A program made the position numbers and the translations under genes. From Polymyxa betae A26-41 (Eukaryota > Protista > Endomyxa: Phytomyxea), in assembly GCA_003693705.1 (NCBI GenBank), contig RBZT01000364.1, positions 1 through 64,000 of the forward strand: 64,000 nucleotides of DNA, given 5' to 3'. The notes under the pieces are model-generated. The model worked only from the letters and a program-made list of their open reading frames with translations. It had not been told where the DNA came from and did no database searches. Positions 42,850-55,633 of this stretch are shown piece after piece. Numbering within the stretch: the first letter of the stretch is position 1; each line of letters opens with the position of its first letter.

Positions 42850-43386
42850 TTACTGAGAAACGGCCTTGAACGAAACGATCATGCGGATCCAAACAGCAGT
42901 GTTGGGATCGACACCTTCAGGGGCCTGCAAGACTGTGACGAGAACGTCCTTGTCACCAGCGGCGAAAGCCTCCTGAATGCCATTGGACATTTCTTCGTCT
43001 TCCGGCAATTTAACGTCCTCGATGGGGTTACCATCTTCATCCATGATGTGGACGAAGCCATCGGCAACATCGATGACCTGGAATTCAGTCTTTGTGACAA
43101 TGGGGACCGAGACGTTGTGGGAAGTAGGAGTCATATCTTCATACTTCTTGTTGGTCAGCACATCAACACCAACGATGTTCATCTTGGCGTGTCCGTGCTT
43201 GCCGGTCTTCGAGGTCGACATCGACATAATCTACATACGTCGGTTAAAAACGATATCGAAGGGAGTCCGGGCCGTACTGACTTTGCATGGGTGGCCCTTG
43301 ATTTGGATGTATCCTCCCTTCTTCAAGCCGCCCGCCTTCAGCGGCGTCATCTTGGCCGCATTCTCGCCCGCTTCGACGTCGCCCAT
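42850..43386 (-). CDS. EIF5A: Translation factor eIF5A (1 intron)
   Basis: [14 protein letters not shown] and hypusine motif [12 protein letters not shown]. Confidence 0.96.
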
Positions 43387-44211
43387 GATTTATAAAGACG
43401 ACGATCGGGTTTGAATCGGGAACTACAAGTCCGTTACGCAGTCCGAGTTGTTATGGGGCCCAGTACGAAGGTATTGCGACGCCCCTATTATCGGCAAGTC
43501 TCGACGCTTCCGGGAAAGGAGTGGCGACTGTCGTTCGTCGAGTTTTCCGACAGACACCCGAGGCAGGCGCCGATGTAAGCACCTTTGAAGGATCCGCTAC
43601 CTCCGACTTGGCGCGATTAGAACAAATCTCTTTAATCCACTTTCAATCTGTTATCCGAAATTGGTGAATTGTTCGGACGTTTTCGTTGTGCTTTTTGCCT
43701 CAATGTTTTAACGAACAACAGCAACTCAAAGCCTATGTCATAAAAAAGGTTTTAAATCAGACGTATATGCAGTCGCCATGTCGACTCTTGCATTTTGCGT
43801 CCTCACATTGCTTTTTATCTATTACGCCTCGAATACAATCAGATTTAGTGGGCAATCAAGTATAGCTAGTACGTCATACTGTTAGAAAAACGAGTCCAAA
43901 AAGGACCGAGTAATCTTTAGCAGACTTGCAATAAAACGAAATCGTGACGCTTTGCAGGAATGATAAATAAAGTGTAAATATGCAGGAATAACATACTTCA
44001 TCTTGAATCTGTCAGAATTTGCTGTCGACCGTTATTTTACGGAAAATGTCGATCAGAAGCTGAGTCTAAACATATACTTATTTTGCTAAAGTATATTAGG
44101 GATTGACGTCGATTGAAATATTATGTTAGTATGGAAACATGATTAGAGAAAAAAAATGCTATATACATAGGCGCTTCGTAGAGATGGATGATTTGGAAAG
44201 CCATCTGAAGG

Positions 44212-44729
44212 CTACCTCGACATCTTCAACGCATTCTTGTTGGGCTTCGAAGACCTCCTTCGTACAGCATCACTGGGTCGCCTTCTTTTACTTGGCAATA
44301 CACACTCCTGCGGGCTTATGCTACGACTTCGCCGTTTCTTTGGCTTATCGCCGAGAACGTTGAGCATCTCTTCTGCTTCATCGCTAACATTGTCAATCTA
44401 CAACATAGCAGCCACCATGAAATATCCTGGACCACCATCGCAAGCATAACTCGAACCTGGTCTAGTGTTTGATATAAACGCTCTACGATCAAACGAGGCT
44501 CTTGCTCGATCTGCATGATATGTTCTTTTAAGCGAAGCGCAAGCAGTGCTTCTTCGTACCGGAGATGGCCAGTGATCATAACCTGCTCGACCTCATCATG
44601 ATCAACATGCTTCAATGGCAGAACGGCCATCATATCGCAGATCTGTGCAGGAGTTAGGGAATATTGAGACGCACGGGCCTGGAACAACGCCACGGCCTGC
44701 GACAGACCAGAATCGTCAGAATCTGACAT
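44212..44729 (-). CDS. Hypothetical protein with UBA-like helical segment and basic NLS-like tail (1 intron)
   Basis: EVEQVMITGHLRYEEALLAL; spliced exon 2 KPKKRRSRS...KRRRP. Confidence 0.55.
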
Positions 44730-45295
44730 CGAGGACAGGAATGAATCCTAAATGGGATAGAATCGTCACAGAATGGTCAATGACAGAATTGATGGAAGGA
44801 TGGCAACCTCCAATTAGATGAGTCGGGTGCGTGGGCCGCGCCCCAACCAACACAAGTGGGCTCGTCGACAATTCAGCCGGGACTTTGGCACGTGGCAGCG
44901 TATGGCCGCCGATTGGCTTAAAGATACTGTCCTAAGAAATCCGCTTCACAATTTATCGCGGTCGCTTTGATCATATGGGGTCGATCGGTCGTCTACCTTC
45001 GATTGTCAAGTGTGGTTTCTGATCGGTACGGTTTCAGGGTTGCCTTACAGTCTCTTGCTTTTACCGTACGTCGAACATTACGTTCAAGTTGTAGCGAGAT
45101 CCTGTTTACTCTGCATCACTGGTTGATGGTCACGAGTAGCTTTTGTCTCTACGCTTTCTTTGCAGTTGGTCAGTCTCACGTTAGATTTTATTATATTACT
45201 TGCGTTGAGCTGAACGCATCCACACAAAAGTGTCCCGTTCAATCTTCATTCATAATTACTATAACCAAACTGCCCAAAGAGAGTTTCTTTCTGTG

Positions 45296-46002
45296 ATTGA
45301 TCCTGAGCGGGAATTAATCACGTGAAGTTCATCATCTTGAGTGCTGATACCGCCCTGTAAAATGGATGTAAATAGTAACATAAAGGGACGGCAATCCATT
45401 CATACCAGTAGCAGAGATTTCAAATCCCGAAGTTGTTGTTGCTTCGAACGATTTACAACCATCCATGTTCACCTTTTTGTCTACGATTAAGTACCAAGAA
45501 AGAACCTTCAAAAACAATTACCAGTATGTCCCCCATGAGTTCCGAACAGTCTAATTGTAACTTGTCAACGAAATCCACACAAGATATTGGGTAGTAGGAG
45601 CTCCTATAGTGACCATGTGTGTCCTATAAGCCAGGTGCTTAGGAGATAGCACAGCCTGTTGATACTTGATGAAAATCAACGAACTACATCCTTTAAATGA
45701 TGTGGCGTTACGCTTAATATGTTTCTCTCTTCATTGTTGAATTTGCTGGTTGAGATCCTTTGGGCGATACGTATTCGGTCAAATCAGCCATCGGATCATT
45801 TCATGCGGTCGGGCGCTTCTCACAACTGCCAAATTAACCCAACCTTTGGAACAGCAAACCTTTGACCAGGGCTGACTCTCGAAAACTTTTGACCGGGCAT
45901 CTCTCTGATCTCTTTTGGCCGACGCCGATTTGAAACTATCCTTGTGGTTATCATGGCCAGGAAATTCATAATATCCAGGACAACAAGCCTTAGAGACACC
46001 AT
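45296..46002 (-). pseudogene. Degenerate tandem duplicate of the cathepsin Z gene
   Basis: MVSLRLVVL...EIREMPG, AVVRSARPHEM, KDLNQQ and RNSWGTYW parallel the neighbouring gene; in-frame stops, frameshifts and loss of the central exons including CGSCWA. Confidence 0.85.
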
Positions 46003-46765
46003 CGTTTGAGTTGATACCAGAATAAGCCAGATTCATTGACCCAATGTGGTCGCGGATAACAGCCAATGTAAAACGTTATGACTTGAAGGAAGCCTGCCTC
46101 TTAACGCCAGCCATGCCCAGAGTGGCCCAATTGACCGGTCTATGATAAACTGAGAGGCTCCTTCAATACTTTGGAAACATTTCGGCCTCAGGCTATAGAG
46201 GGGTTCGATCGTTTCCAGGGGATCCCATTCCTCAACGTTGCAACTAGACTGCTACTCTGCAACAGCAGGCGGCGATCAAGCGATGTTTCATCTTGTTTGC
46301 ATAACTGGAGTAGCCCTGATTGCTGATGATCATGGTGAGCAGCACGCTCCATCATGCATATTGCCAAAACCCTGGATTTGGCTTCTGTAGAACCTTTTGT
46401 GAAACGAGTCTGCTCAATTTGGTTAGGGTTACTTGGATTGTAGGGATCGACCGTGTTTGTACCTTCAACTGGTGAGTCGTCTGTTAGGTAAAGTGCAAAC
46501 ACAATCTCTTGCTGTAAGCTGAGCGTACATCGGCTCATTCTCATTACTTGTGATGAGCCCGAGTTGTGTGTATCCCAGTTGGTGCCTATACGCTTGTATT
46601 GCCAACAATACGTAGATACTTATATCAAAGCGATTGTTGGTCGGCATGATTATCAACTCCTAACGCCCATCGCTTACCGTAAATTGGAAAAACGTTCAAT
46701 ACATGAAAGTATCCGGTTTAATTATACTATAATCAAACGACTCAGGCAGCCTTTAATTCTTTCTG

Positions 46766-48194
46766 TTATTGGTCCTGAGCGGGAATAACGACATGGAGTT
46801 CGTCATCTTTCTGGAGAGTTGGAGTCGCCCTGTAAACGGATGCAATTAGTAACACAAAAGAGCGACAGTCCTCACATACCAGTTACATCCAGACTCGATA
46901 ACAGCGTTATTTTTACCTCGAACGATTCGGAACCATCCGTGTTCTCCCCTAAACCAACGATTAATAAACGTTCAGAAGTATAGCAAAGTAGTACCAGTAT
47001 GTTCCCCATGAGTTCCTACCAATCTAGCAGATTTGTCAAAATAAACTCAAAATGGATCCGCTACTGCAACCTACCCAATACTTCGTGTCGGTCTTGTGAT
47101 CGTAACCCCATCCGGCAATTGATATAATGTGATTAGCTTCTTGGAACTGATCTATAGTAAGAAGATAAATTGGCAGAACAACTCTTAAATCAAGAACACA
47201 GACCAGGAGCGTTGACGATGCCTCCGGTGTAGTCTTCTAAAGCATTAGCGTCAATCTGGCAAGCAATCGGACCACGGGCGTAGATTTCTGCCATCTGACA
47301 ATTGTTAGATGCAGGAAATAGTCGGTTTAGTAACTACCATCTCCTGCTCTCCGTGCGCTTCGCCATACTCTTCAACAAACCATTTTGGATAATCCTTGAC
47401 AGGGAAGCAGATACCGGAATCTGGGCTGCAATTTCGGCATTCTATGGTTGGTCAGCGCAAATGGAAACACTTCAAATAAAGCTCGATTACGATCCATGGG
47501 ATTACACTCGTCGTCTCGGGCTTTATATTGTTGGCACGTATCTTCAGGAATACCATTATCGTGAACCCATTCCTGAATCATTTAAGCACATAGCAAAGTG
47601 AGCACAGGAGGTATTTACGTAAGCACCACCGCCATCACCTCCGTTGCATGAACCGGCAACATCAGTACCACAGTTCAAAAGAACTTGGATAGACAGATTG
47701 ACTGCAGCAAATCAGCATCCAGATGTCACATTCTGAGACAATAGCCTCGTCATTACTCTCAGGGAAAGTAGCGTTACGCTTAATCTTGATTCTGTCAGCA
47801 AGCGCAGACAATGTTCCATGAGCCCAGCATGAGCCCTAAAAATGATCGCAAAACAACAGCTTTACATGATCGTGTGGACCTACACAGTATTGAGGAATAT
47901 GCTGGTTGAGATCCTTTGTACAATAATTCACACCCGAAACATTACGCCAATCAAAATGCTCGGGCAAATCATCCATCGATAACATCTCATGCGGTCGGGT
48001 GTTTTTTACAACTGCCAACAATTAAAAATTAGTGCCGACCAGAAAGCAAACGAGACCAGGAACTAACCTTCAAAAGTTCTGCGACCGGGCATCGTCCTGA
48101 TCTCGCTGCGTCGAGGACGATTGGATGAAAATCCTGTTGTTACCGTGGCCAAGATAGCTACATTAACCAGGACAACAAGCCATAGAGACGTCAT
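46766..48194 (-). CDS. CTSZ: Cathepsin Z/X (papain family C1A) with signal peptide, spliced
   Basis: [11 protein letters not shown]...[52 protein letters not shown]; signal [21 protein letters not shown]. Confidence 0.93.
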
Positions 48195-49091
48195 CTTTGC
48201 CAATGCAACTAAGAATGGACCAGGTCAAAAAGAGCCGACTCGGTTCCGGCTAGCACCCAAAGTGAAACGTTATGTCGCCAAGGGGTTGCTCCTCGACGTT
48301 AGCCAACGCCGCCCTGAATTGCCCTTTCATGGACTGATTCTGTTACATTGGTGACGATCCTTCAAGACATTCGGCCTAAACGTTTACAAGATTCGACTCA
48401 TGGCAATCAGGATATTCTATATCTGTGTTTTTTTCCTACAAAAGTGCAACTGTAGACTGCGATAAACGACCTTTCCATGCTGTTCACCTGGTTGCAGCAG
48501 CCATCAAGAGAACTGATCATGGTAAGCGTGATCAGGAGTGTCGTCCAATTGCTGAATAGGCTTCTGCTTGGAGCTATTGTGGGTTCCAAGATAAAAGTTT
48601 TCAAGCGAACGTAAAGCTCCTCAATCTCACATCAAGAAGTAGCTGCTCATTTTAGAATGTGATGGTAAATTCGATGTTGAAATTTGCAAAAGTTAAAAAA
48701 ATGAAACAATCAATGCATGTGTATCGCCAGACTAAGTGAAGTAACAGTATCGATTTGATTCAGTTTCTTAATCGTTTTCCGGAATCTCATTCGTTTGCTG
48801 TCGTAGATGCCAGAGATGTTTTAAGAGCTTCCTTGACAGCTCATTCTGATGAGTTGCTTAATCTATAAAAAAGTTTGGTAATTGTAGTTTATAGACTAAA
48901 AACCAATCCGAAGTGAGAAATTGGCTTTACTACAAAGCCACCAGATGATCTTATCATCCTTCACTCTATTATCTGTATCGCCCAGCCATGCTATTTACGT
49001 CTAAGCTCGCTGGAGGCTGGCAGGTACCTGCTACGGAGATGTAGTCGGTGGCCCAGCCACCCCATCTGGGATTGAGGGGCCACCCCGAGCT

Positions 49092-51311
49092 ATGGATGTC
49101 CCATGGCAGTCCTCATGTAATCTGTCTCCAGACGATGATCTCATCGAGTATTCGGTGAAGCGCTGGGCCCCATTCATATGTCGGGAGCAGCGTCGCATCG
49201 TCTCGATCTCGACCGATGACATCCTCCATGAGTACGCCCGGCGCCTGACCAAGCCGGTGTCGGAAATCATCGACAGGTATCGCAAGATTCATAACAGCCG
49301 TCGTCGTCATCGCCCTAAACGTGGTCTTTCGATGATATGGAATGTCAATACGAACCGCCCTCGTGTTGTCTTTTATTGGACCAATGGACGCTCCCATTTC
49401 TGGTGCTGCGATCCGCTACAGCTCTGCCCAGCTCGATTCTTAGGCGATTATAGAAAGCCTTCAAAAGAAACCTTCGAGGACATGGTCAACTATTCGCTCA
49501 ACGTATTAAGCTACTTCGACCCGAGCCCCGTCATCGAAGGCGCTCGCCATCGGCCGGCACCAGAATATCTCGTGGCTCTCTACGACGATGAAGATTCCAG
49601 CGCCAGCGAAGAAACCTTCCGACCTTCATTGCCGACATCGTCACGAACGCCTTCGCCTGCACCGTCGACTATGGACGATCCGATCATCCCATATCGCCCT
49701 GACGAGACAGACGAATCATCGTCTGATATTGATTTATTAGATTCAGACGAGGATAAAAATGACATTCCTGAGCGACCACAACCTTTAGATCTTCAACAAA
49801 GCGAGAACGTCCTCCCAGATGCCGCCACTGCTTCTACGCAAACGCCAGTGAGAACACGAAATTTCGACGACATCGTCTTCGACAATTCCGATATTGATAA
49901 CGTAATCGCCACGATTCAGGGTGTGAAGCCCATGACCGGCAACGATCTTCTTCAAACGGTGCAAACCATTCGCCATCGATCGATCTTCTCTCCGGCCGCT
50001 TCGTTTTACTCGCCATTGATTCCAGGCAACATCACGTTCCCTGCCAATGTTCGCCCTGTCCCTATCATGTTCGACATCCCGCGTCCTATACAGCCCACTA
50101 GATTCCATGCCGAAACGCAGACCGACAACGAGCTCAGCCAATCCTCGATCGAGGTGGCCCCGACTCAAGACCAGCCGTTGGTTTCTTCTGATACCACAAC
50201 GGATGCGATCCAGTTACCGGATGAAGAGGCTCCAGCTCAGTCGGAAGCTCCGGTCTGTGCTGATAATACCATCAATGTGGTGCACTCGCCGGTAGTTACA
50301 GGTCCCGATGAAAGCCAGCCTCTGATCTCTTCTGGTGACGCCGTGGCTGCTCTACGATCGTCCGATGAGATGGCCCGTGTCCAAGATGAGCCGTTGACGT
50401 GCTCTGACTGCCAGATGGAGACGGAACCAACGGCTTTGCCGTCGCAATTGAAGGGCGAGCATTTGATGACGCAGTCGGATGAACCGGATTCGCAATCGTC
50501 GCCGTCATCGTTCTGGCGTCAGCATTTCCCGTACATTCTGCATTTCTGCACCAAGTCGGCCGATGTGTTCGAATTTGGCAGCAAATTCGAGTCCTATATT
50601 CGTTTCGATTACGAGGATATCAGCGGATCCCCTCGTCAGGTCGTTGCGATTGCCATGAGTACACTAGCGCCTTCCATTCTTGTTAAATGGATATGCAATC
50701 AATCATTGATTGAAGGTGATGCATGTTTAACCTCGCTCTCTCGCACCTTGCTAATGGTTTGAACAGCGCCGTTTGCTTCCACATGCAAGCAGCAGTACGC
50801 CTTGGTACCGTTCGCTGAAAACCAGGGAATCTGTCTATGCTTGAATGAATCTGCCTGGCAGGAGTTCGGACACGCTGCGCTTCTCGAGGCCATTCGTAGG
50901 AAGCCGGAATTAACGGGTCCTGATGAGACGCTGGCTGAAGCCTGGAGCTCTGTCTGTAAACGCTATCTCGAAAATATGCAAAAGAGCTATTCGATTGAAC
51001 GATTTCATGACGACATCATAGACGCGTTGACCCACGAGGAAACCCGATCTGATAATGCAAACTTGGTTCCAATTCCGACACAGACAAGGGCTTCTGGTGA
51101 TTCCGAGAAAATCGAAATGCTGCCGCTATCAGATCTGTTTAATGTCCCTACGCAGCCGAAATCGACAGAAATAGAAGCTCCTGCTGCTGATTTTCAATCG
51201 CAAGCTCTAGGCCACGAGATCAGAGAAGAATCACAACCGATTGTTGGTGATGGCATTTCGCAGACTCTCAACTATCTTCTGGATAACGTGGCCTCACAGT
51301 TAGCAGCATAA
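49092..51311 (+). CDS. Hypothetical protein with acidic/Pro-rich disordered middle and internal repeat (1 intron)
   Basis: 556-aa ORF plus 169-aa ORF joined by a short GT-AG intron at about 50757-50792. Confidence 0.7.
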
Positions 51312-51572
51312 CGTTTTTTATTAATATCCATAATTAATTCACTGTTTCACTTTCAACTTCTCGCCAAAAGCAGAGCCTGCTTTCTGAATTCTCTTTGCAA
51401 ATATGAAATGTTGTGTTTCAATTTTGAATGACTAACTTTCTGAGTTTGCCCTTGACTTAGAAAATTTTCATTGTCCAATATTAGCGTCCAAGAGCTCGTC
51501 ACCTAAAAGCAACAGTGACTCAACTGAGGAATCCATTTCTATAATTTCTTCAAGTTATTCAGTATATGTTCT

Positions 51573-51794
51573 ATGCTATGTGCCGCTCTGTTGGCTACGA
51601 TCGTGATGGTTTCTGGTATTGCTCAAGCTGATACCACAAACGGATCCCAGATGCCGACAGTCTATCTGATCATGGTCTATGGCGTCGTGGTGATTTTGCT
51701 ATTCGCTGTTGTTTATTGCTTCATAAGAAGGCTATTTTCATGTTGCCACAGCGTTCACGAATACTTCAACGGCGGGTACGACTACAACGTCTGA
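51573..51794 (+). CDS. Small single-pass membrane protein with signal peptide
   Basis: MLCAALLATIVMVSGIAQA signal, TM VYLIMVYGVVVILLFAVVYCFI, juxtamembrane RR and CC. Confidence 0.6.
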   Translation: MLCAALLATIVMVSGIAQADTTNGSQMPTVYLIMVYGVVVILLFAVVYCFIRRLFSCCHSVHEYFNGGYDYNV

Positions 51795-52044
51795 ATATCA
51801 ATAAGCTCATCTATATAAAACAAGCTCATGAATTTCAAAAGTGCTGCTTCTGACAGACTAACACGTAAAATCTGTCTAAACTTTTTAGCATGTTCGAAAT
51901 GGTCTCTTGCGATGTTCATCCAAATGGAAAAAGCTTTGCAAAAATCGAGGAAAGAATGCCGATATTAGGGGACAGGACATATAGATGACGGTCATCGCGG
52001 ACTCCGTCGCGGGGTCGCTTGATAGAAAATTTGCCAGATTCACG

Positions 52045-52482
52045 ATGTCGGCGTCGACGATCCCCCATGTCCAGGTCTTCGGACGTAAGCGTTCGGCCGT
52101 CGCCGTCGCCTACACTAAGGCCGGAAAAGGCCTGATCAAGATCAACGGAACTCCCATCGAGTTCGTTCAGCCTGAAGGTCTGCGCTTCAAGGTCATGGAG
52201 CCGGTCATGTTGTTGGGCTTCCCCCGATTCGAGAACGTCGACATCCGCGTCCGGGTCCAGGGTGGTGGTTTCACCAGCCGCGTTTACGCCATCCGACAGG
52301 CTATCGCCAAGAGCCTGGTTGCGTACTACCAGAAATACGTCGACGAAGCCAGCAAGAAGGAGATCAAGGATGTCCTTCTGAGCTACGACCGTAGCCTGTT
52401 GGTCGCTGATCCCCGTCGCCGTGAACCCAAGAAATTCGGTGGTCGATCGGCCCGTGCCCGTTTCCAGAAGTCCTACCGTTAA
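52045..52482 (+). CDS. RPS16: 40S ribosomal protein S16 (uS9), intronless
   Basis: [14 protein letters not shown]...[17 protein letters not shown]...[18 protein letters not shown]; strong GC3 bias. Confidence 0.98.
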   Translation: MSASTIPHVQVFGRKRSAVAVAYTKAGKGLIKINGTPIEFVQPEGLRFKVMEPVMLLGFPRFENVDIRVRVQGGGFTSRVYAIRQAIAKSLVAYYQKYVDEASKKEIKDVLLSYDRSLLVADPRRREPKKFGGRSARARFQKSYR

Positions 52483-52835
52483 ACTGCTTATGCGAAAATA
52501 CATTGTACTTATCTTTTTACTCTAACACATTCGAATCTGTTCTTTTCAGGCGGTATAGAATTGTGGATGTTCTTTGATATGACGAGCTGCGTATGCTATT
52601 GTTTTTCAATATTTGAGATCACGCGAATCGCTCCTCTTCTTAATTGGTATACTGAAAAAATCCAACTTCAAATCGTCGTTCCTGCTAATCCTTTGTAGAT
52701 TGTAAATACTGATATCAGCATGCATACAGTTGTTAAATGTATTTATTAGCTGCGAATAGTCATCCGCACTATATTTGTTGAGCTATTTAACCTTTATGGT
52801 TGCTGCGATTGACTTTGCTACGTGTTTAACTAGAT

Positions 52836-54190
52836 TCAAACGGTAGGCCTAAATTGTTGGAAGAAACACTTCGCCATATGCTGAGAAACAGATGTATCGG
52901 GAGCCACGAAAACGCCTTCGCGTACATGAGCAGGACGATTGTCTCCAATGAACAATAATCCAACGCTCGGATACATTTCTGCTTTCTGCTTGATAGATGG
53001 GGCAACTTCTTTTTCACCATTTTGCATAAATAGCAGTTCTGAACGAGATTTCAATTGACTAACACTTTTAATCGAACTCGTACCTATCTGCGTTCGGGTC
53101 AATTTTGCCTGTCTCGTCTCAGCCAGTTTGAATGCATTAGTACGCGTTAACTCCTGCACTATTGCCATAGCTGTATGATCGGCATTATCAACGACTAACA
53201 AGAACCAGGCTTTCTGCTGATTGTGGTCTGGGCCCTAAGAGAAGGACTGTCAAACGTGGTATTGAAATTGTATCCGCGAGATCTAAACTGAAGAAATATA
53301 ACCAGGAAAAGGAATAGACTGAGCGTTAGAAATCAACCGAATACCAAACTAGCAGATTACCAAAGTGAGCGGGACAGGAGATGGAAGCTGAGTCTCTTCA
53401 AATCGAATGTCAGGGCAGACAGCGCTCGGGTTGACGCCAAGAAACTCGCCCTCTTCATTATTGAAATTGCCGATCTCCCAATGCCGTTCGCCATCGGTTT
53501 CGTTGAAATCGTGCACTCGCCACCAGTTATTGTCCCAGATACATAAATTGGCGGAATGGAACTGTTCGCTGAGGCTGAAGTACGACGCCTACTTTACTTA
53601 GCGACAGAATTAGAGTGAGAATCCGCAAACGTACCTGAAAGCAAGACAGTCGAAGCCGAGTCGTTGTCTCGATCGACGGCTGCGTTATGGAGAAAAGCAT
53701 CATATCAATATCAGAACAATCTCGTGTTCGAAGCTGCTGACAGGCAGCCACAACCCGGCATGCTTTACAGTCGCGAAAGAAAACGCTGAAAGAACGTTAT
53801 ATACGTATTCGATTTTCTGAAAAGAGTTATATGCCACCTGGATTCACATGGAGCAATGAAAATTCGACAATTGGTAGCGAAATCGATCGTAACTTGAGCG
53901 CTATTATCAAAGAGAAAAATATTACAGTTATCGACAGTATCTATTATGAATTGTTGCCCTGCGATTTGCCTAAATACATTTATGAATGCAAACTGACCAA
54001 AGCATATCGCCTACTACCCGGGACCTCTCACAACCGTAACATCCTTCAGACCTGTTACCATGAAATCTTTGGGGTTCAACTTGGCTTGCGGTTTGGGCGG
54101 CGGCGATTCAGACTGCCCAACGGATGCGACGACATCCGGTTGCTTTGACAGGGGCGGAGTCTGGCCACGCTTGGAGCAGAGATTCCCCAT
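52836..54190 (-). CDS. RP2: XRP2/RP2 (TBCC-domain ARL3 GAP), spliced
   Basis: N-terminal MGNLCSK (myristoyl/palmitoyl); [21 protein letters not shown] (Arg finger), [16 protein letters not shown]. Confidence 0.88.
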
Positions 54191-54696
54191 GACGTCTGCA
54201 GCGGTGCTCCTGAGACCTGCAGTCGCTACCCATCGATCATCTAGAAACCTCTCGGCGTTCGAAAGTCACAGCAAACCTAAGACAACAACATCAATACTAT
54301 CGATAAGAGAAGTGTTGTAAAAAACAAACCCGAAATAGAGACACGACGTAGCCGACTGACGTCATTGACAGTACAGTAGCTTACATGAGTTACACTTAAA
54401 GCGAACTTCATAAATAGAAATTGCGCAGTCGGGAAAATTGGCGCAACAAGCGCAATATCGGAATTGCGCACAGGTATTGCGCACAGTGCCCTCTTGTCTT
54501 GTTAGGGTTTCGTCATCGTTTAGCCTCACTCTGATAGTCTCTAATTCTGTGTCTCTCGTTTTTTTTATTGTCGTCGTCGTCGTCGCTGCAGGCGCCTGCT
54601 GACAATTGACTTTGTTGCTGCAGTCAGTCAGCGAGTTTGTAGGCAGCAGACGTTGAGCAAATCGTTTTATTCGGCCACAGCTGCCGCTCGATGTGA

Positions 54697-55242
54697 ATGG
54701 TGGATCTTATCAATCCTTCTCGGAGCCCTTCGCCCAAGCCCAACAGTCATCACTCGTCGGCCATTGTTGCTGGTCGGTTCGTCGTCTCGGATGCCACTTC
54801 GGAAGATACCGTTGCTACCTCGTCATCGCCGTCAAAGTCGGTTACTTCATGTTGCAAGCGTCGCATTGCTGGTCGATTTATCGTCGTCGATGAAGACACA
54901 ACTATGCCCAATCAATACAACAACCAGGCATCTCGCTTCGAAATTCTTGATCTACCGGTCGTCCCCGAAGGTCGGGAAGCAATAGAAGAGCCTCTGAGTT
55001 CCTTGCTAAGGAGTCTCAGCGATCGCGTCCTGGTAATAGTTTTCTGTTTTTCAGTCCAGGTACAATATCCCATACTAACGTGAAGGCAATATCAATAGGC
55101 AGTTGAGCGAGAGAATGACCGTCTTAAATCGGAAAACGCCAATCTACGAGCAGAGATGATGCGAATGCATTCTCTGATAGGACAGCACGGAGACAATTCG
55201 ATTGCTGCTAAGGATCTAACTGATATACTCCTGTTTTCGTAA
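54697..55242 (+). CDS. Small protein with three RFx[V/I] motifs and C-terminal leucine zipper (1 intron)
   Basis: AGRFVV, AGRFIV, SRFEI; spliced coiled coil LSDRVL|AVERENDRLKSENANLRAE. Confidence 0.7.
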
Positions 55243-55348
55243 TATTAAATTATTAGATTAGGTACTCTTTCATAAGCATATTGCTGAAACCCAAAAACCT
55301 TTTGCTTGCTCATGATGCTTCTCAATTTGTAGAAGGGGTTGAGTTTAT

Positions 55349-55633
55349 TTAAGCAGTTTCAGGTGTAGCTTTAGTAGCTGCCGTCTCTTGAACCTCATCC
55401 TTTTTAGCTTCGAGATAGGCAGTCTTAACGGCGTCAGAGAGCTCATCGCTTGGGGGATCGACTTTGTTCAAGTCGACACCTTTTTTGATCGTGGAGTGAA
55501 GTTTGATCTGATCGGCAACAATATTCTTCTCAACGGGGACCTTCTTGTTTTTCAGAGAGACCCCCTTCTGAATTTCCCGAAGCAGAGCAGCTGGCTTCTG
55601 CTTCTCAACCGGCATGACGATAGGTCGACCCAT
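55349..55633 (-). CDS. Small tandem WH2/actobindin-like actin-monomer-binding protein
   Basis: ALLREIQKGVSLKN and LHSTIKKGVDLNKV match the WH2 helix + LKKV pattern. Confidence 0.7.
   Translation of the reverse strand: MGRPIVMPVEKQKPAALLREIQKGVSLKNKKVPVEKNIVADQIKLHSTIKKGVDLNKVDPPSDELSDAVKTAYLEAKKDEVQETAATKATPETA

Noticed and set aside
42977-43414. Plus-strand ORFs antisense to eIF5A
   Set aside because: Shadow ORFs.
43451-43465. tggggccca site II-like motif upstream of eIF5A
   Set aside because: Single short motif, expected by chance.
51916-52503. 195-aa ORF antisense to RPS16
   Set aside because: Antisense shadow of a highly biased gene; non-protein-like context.
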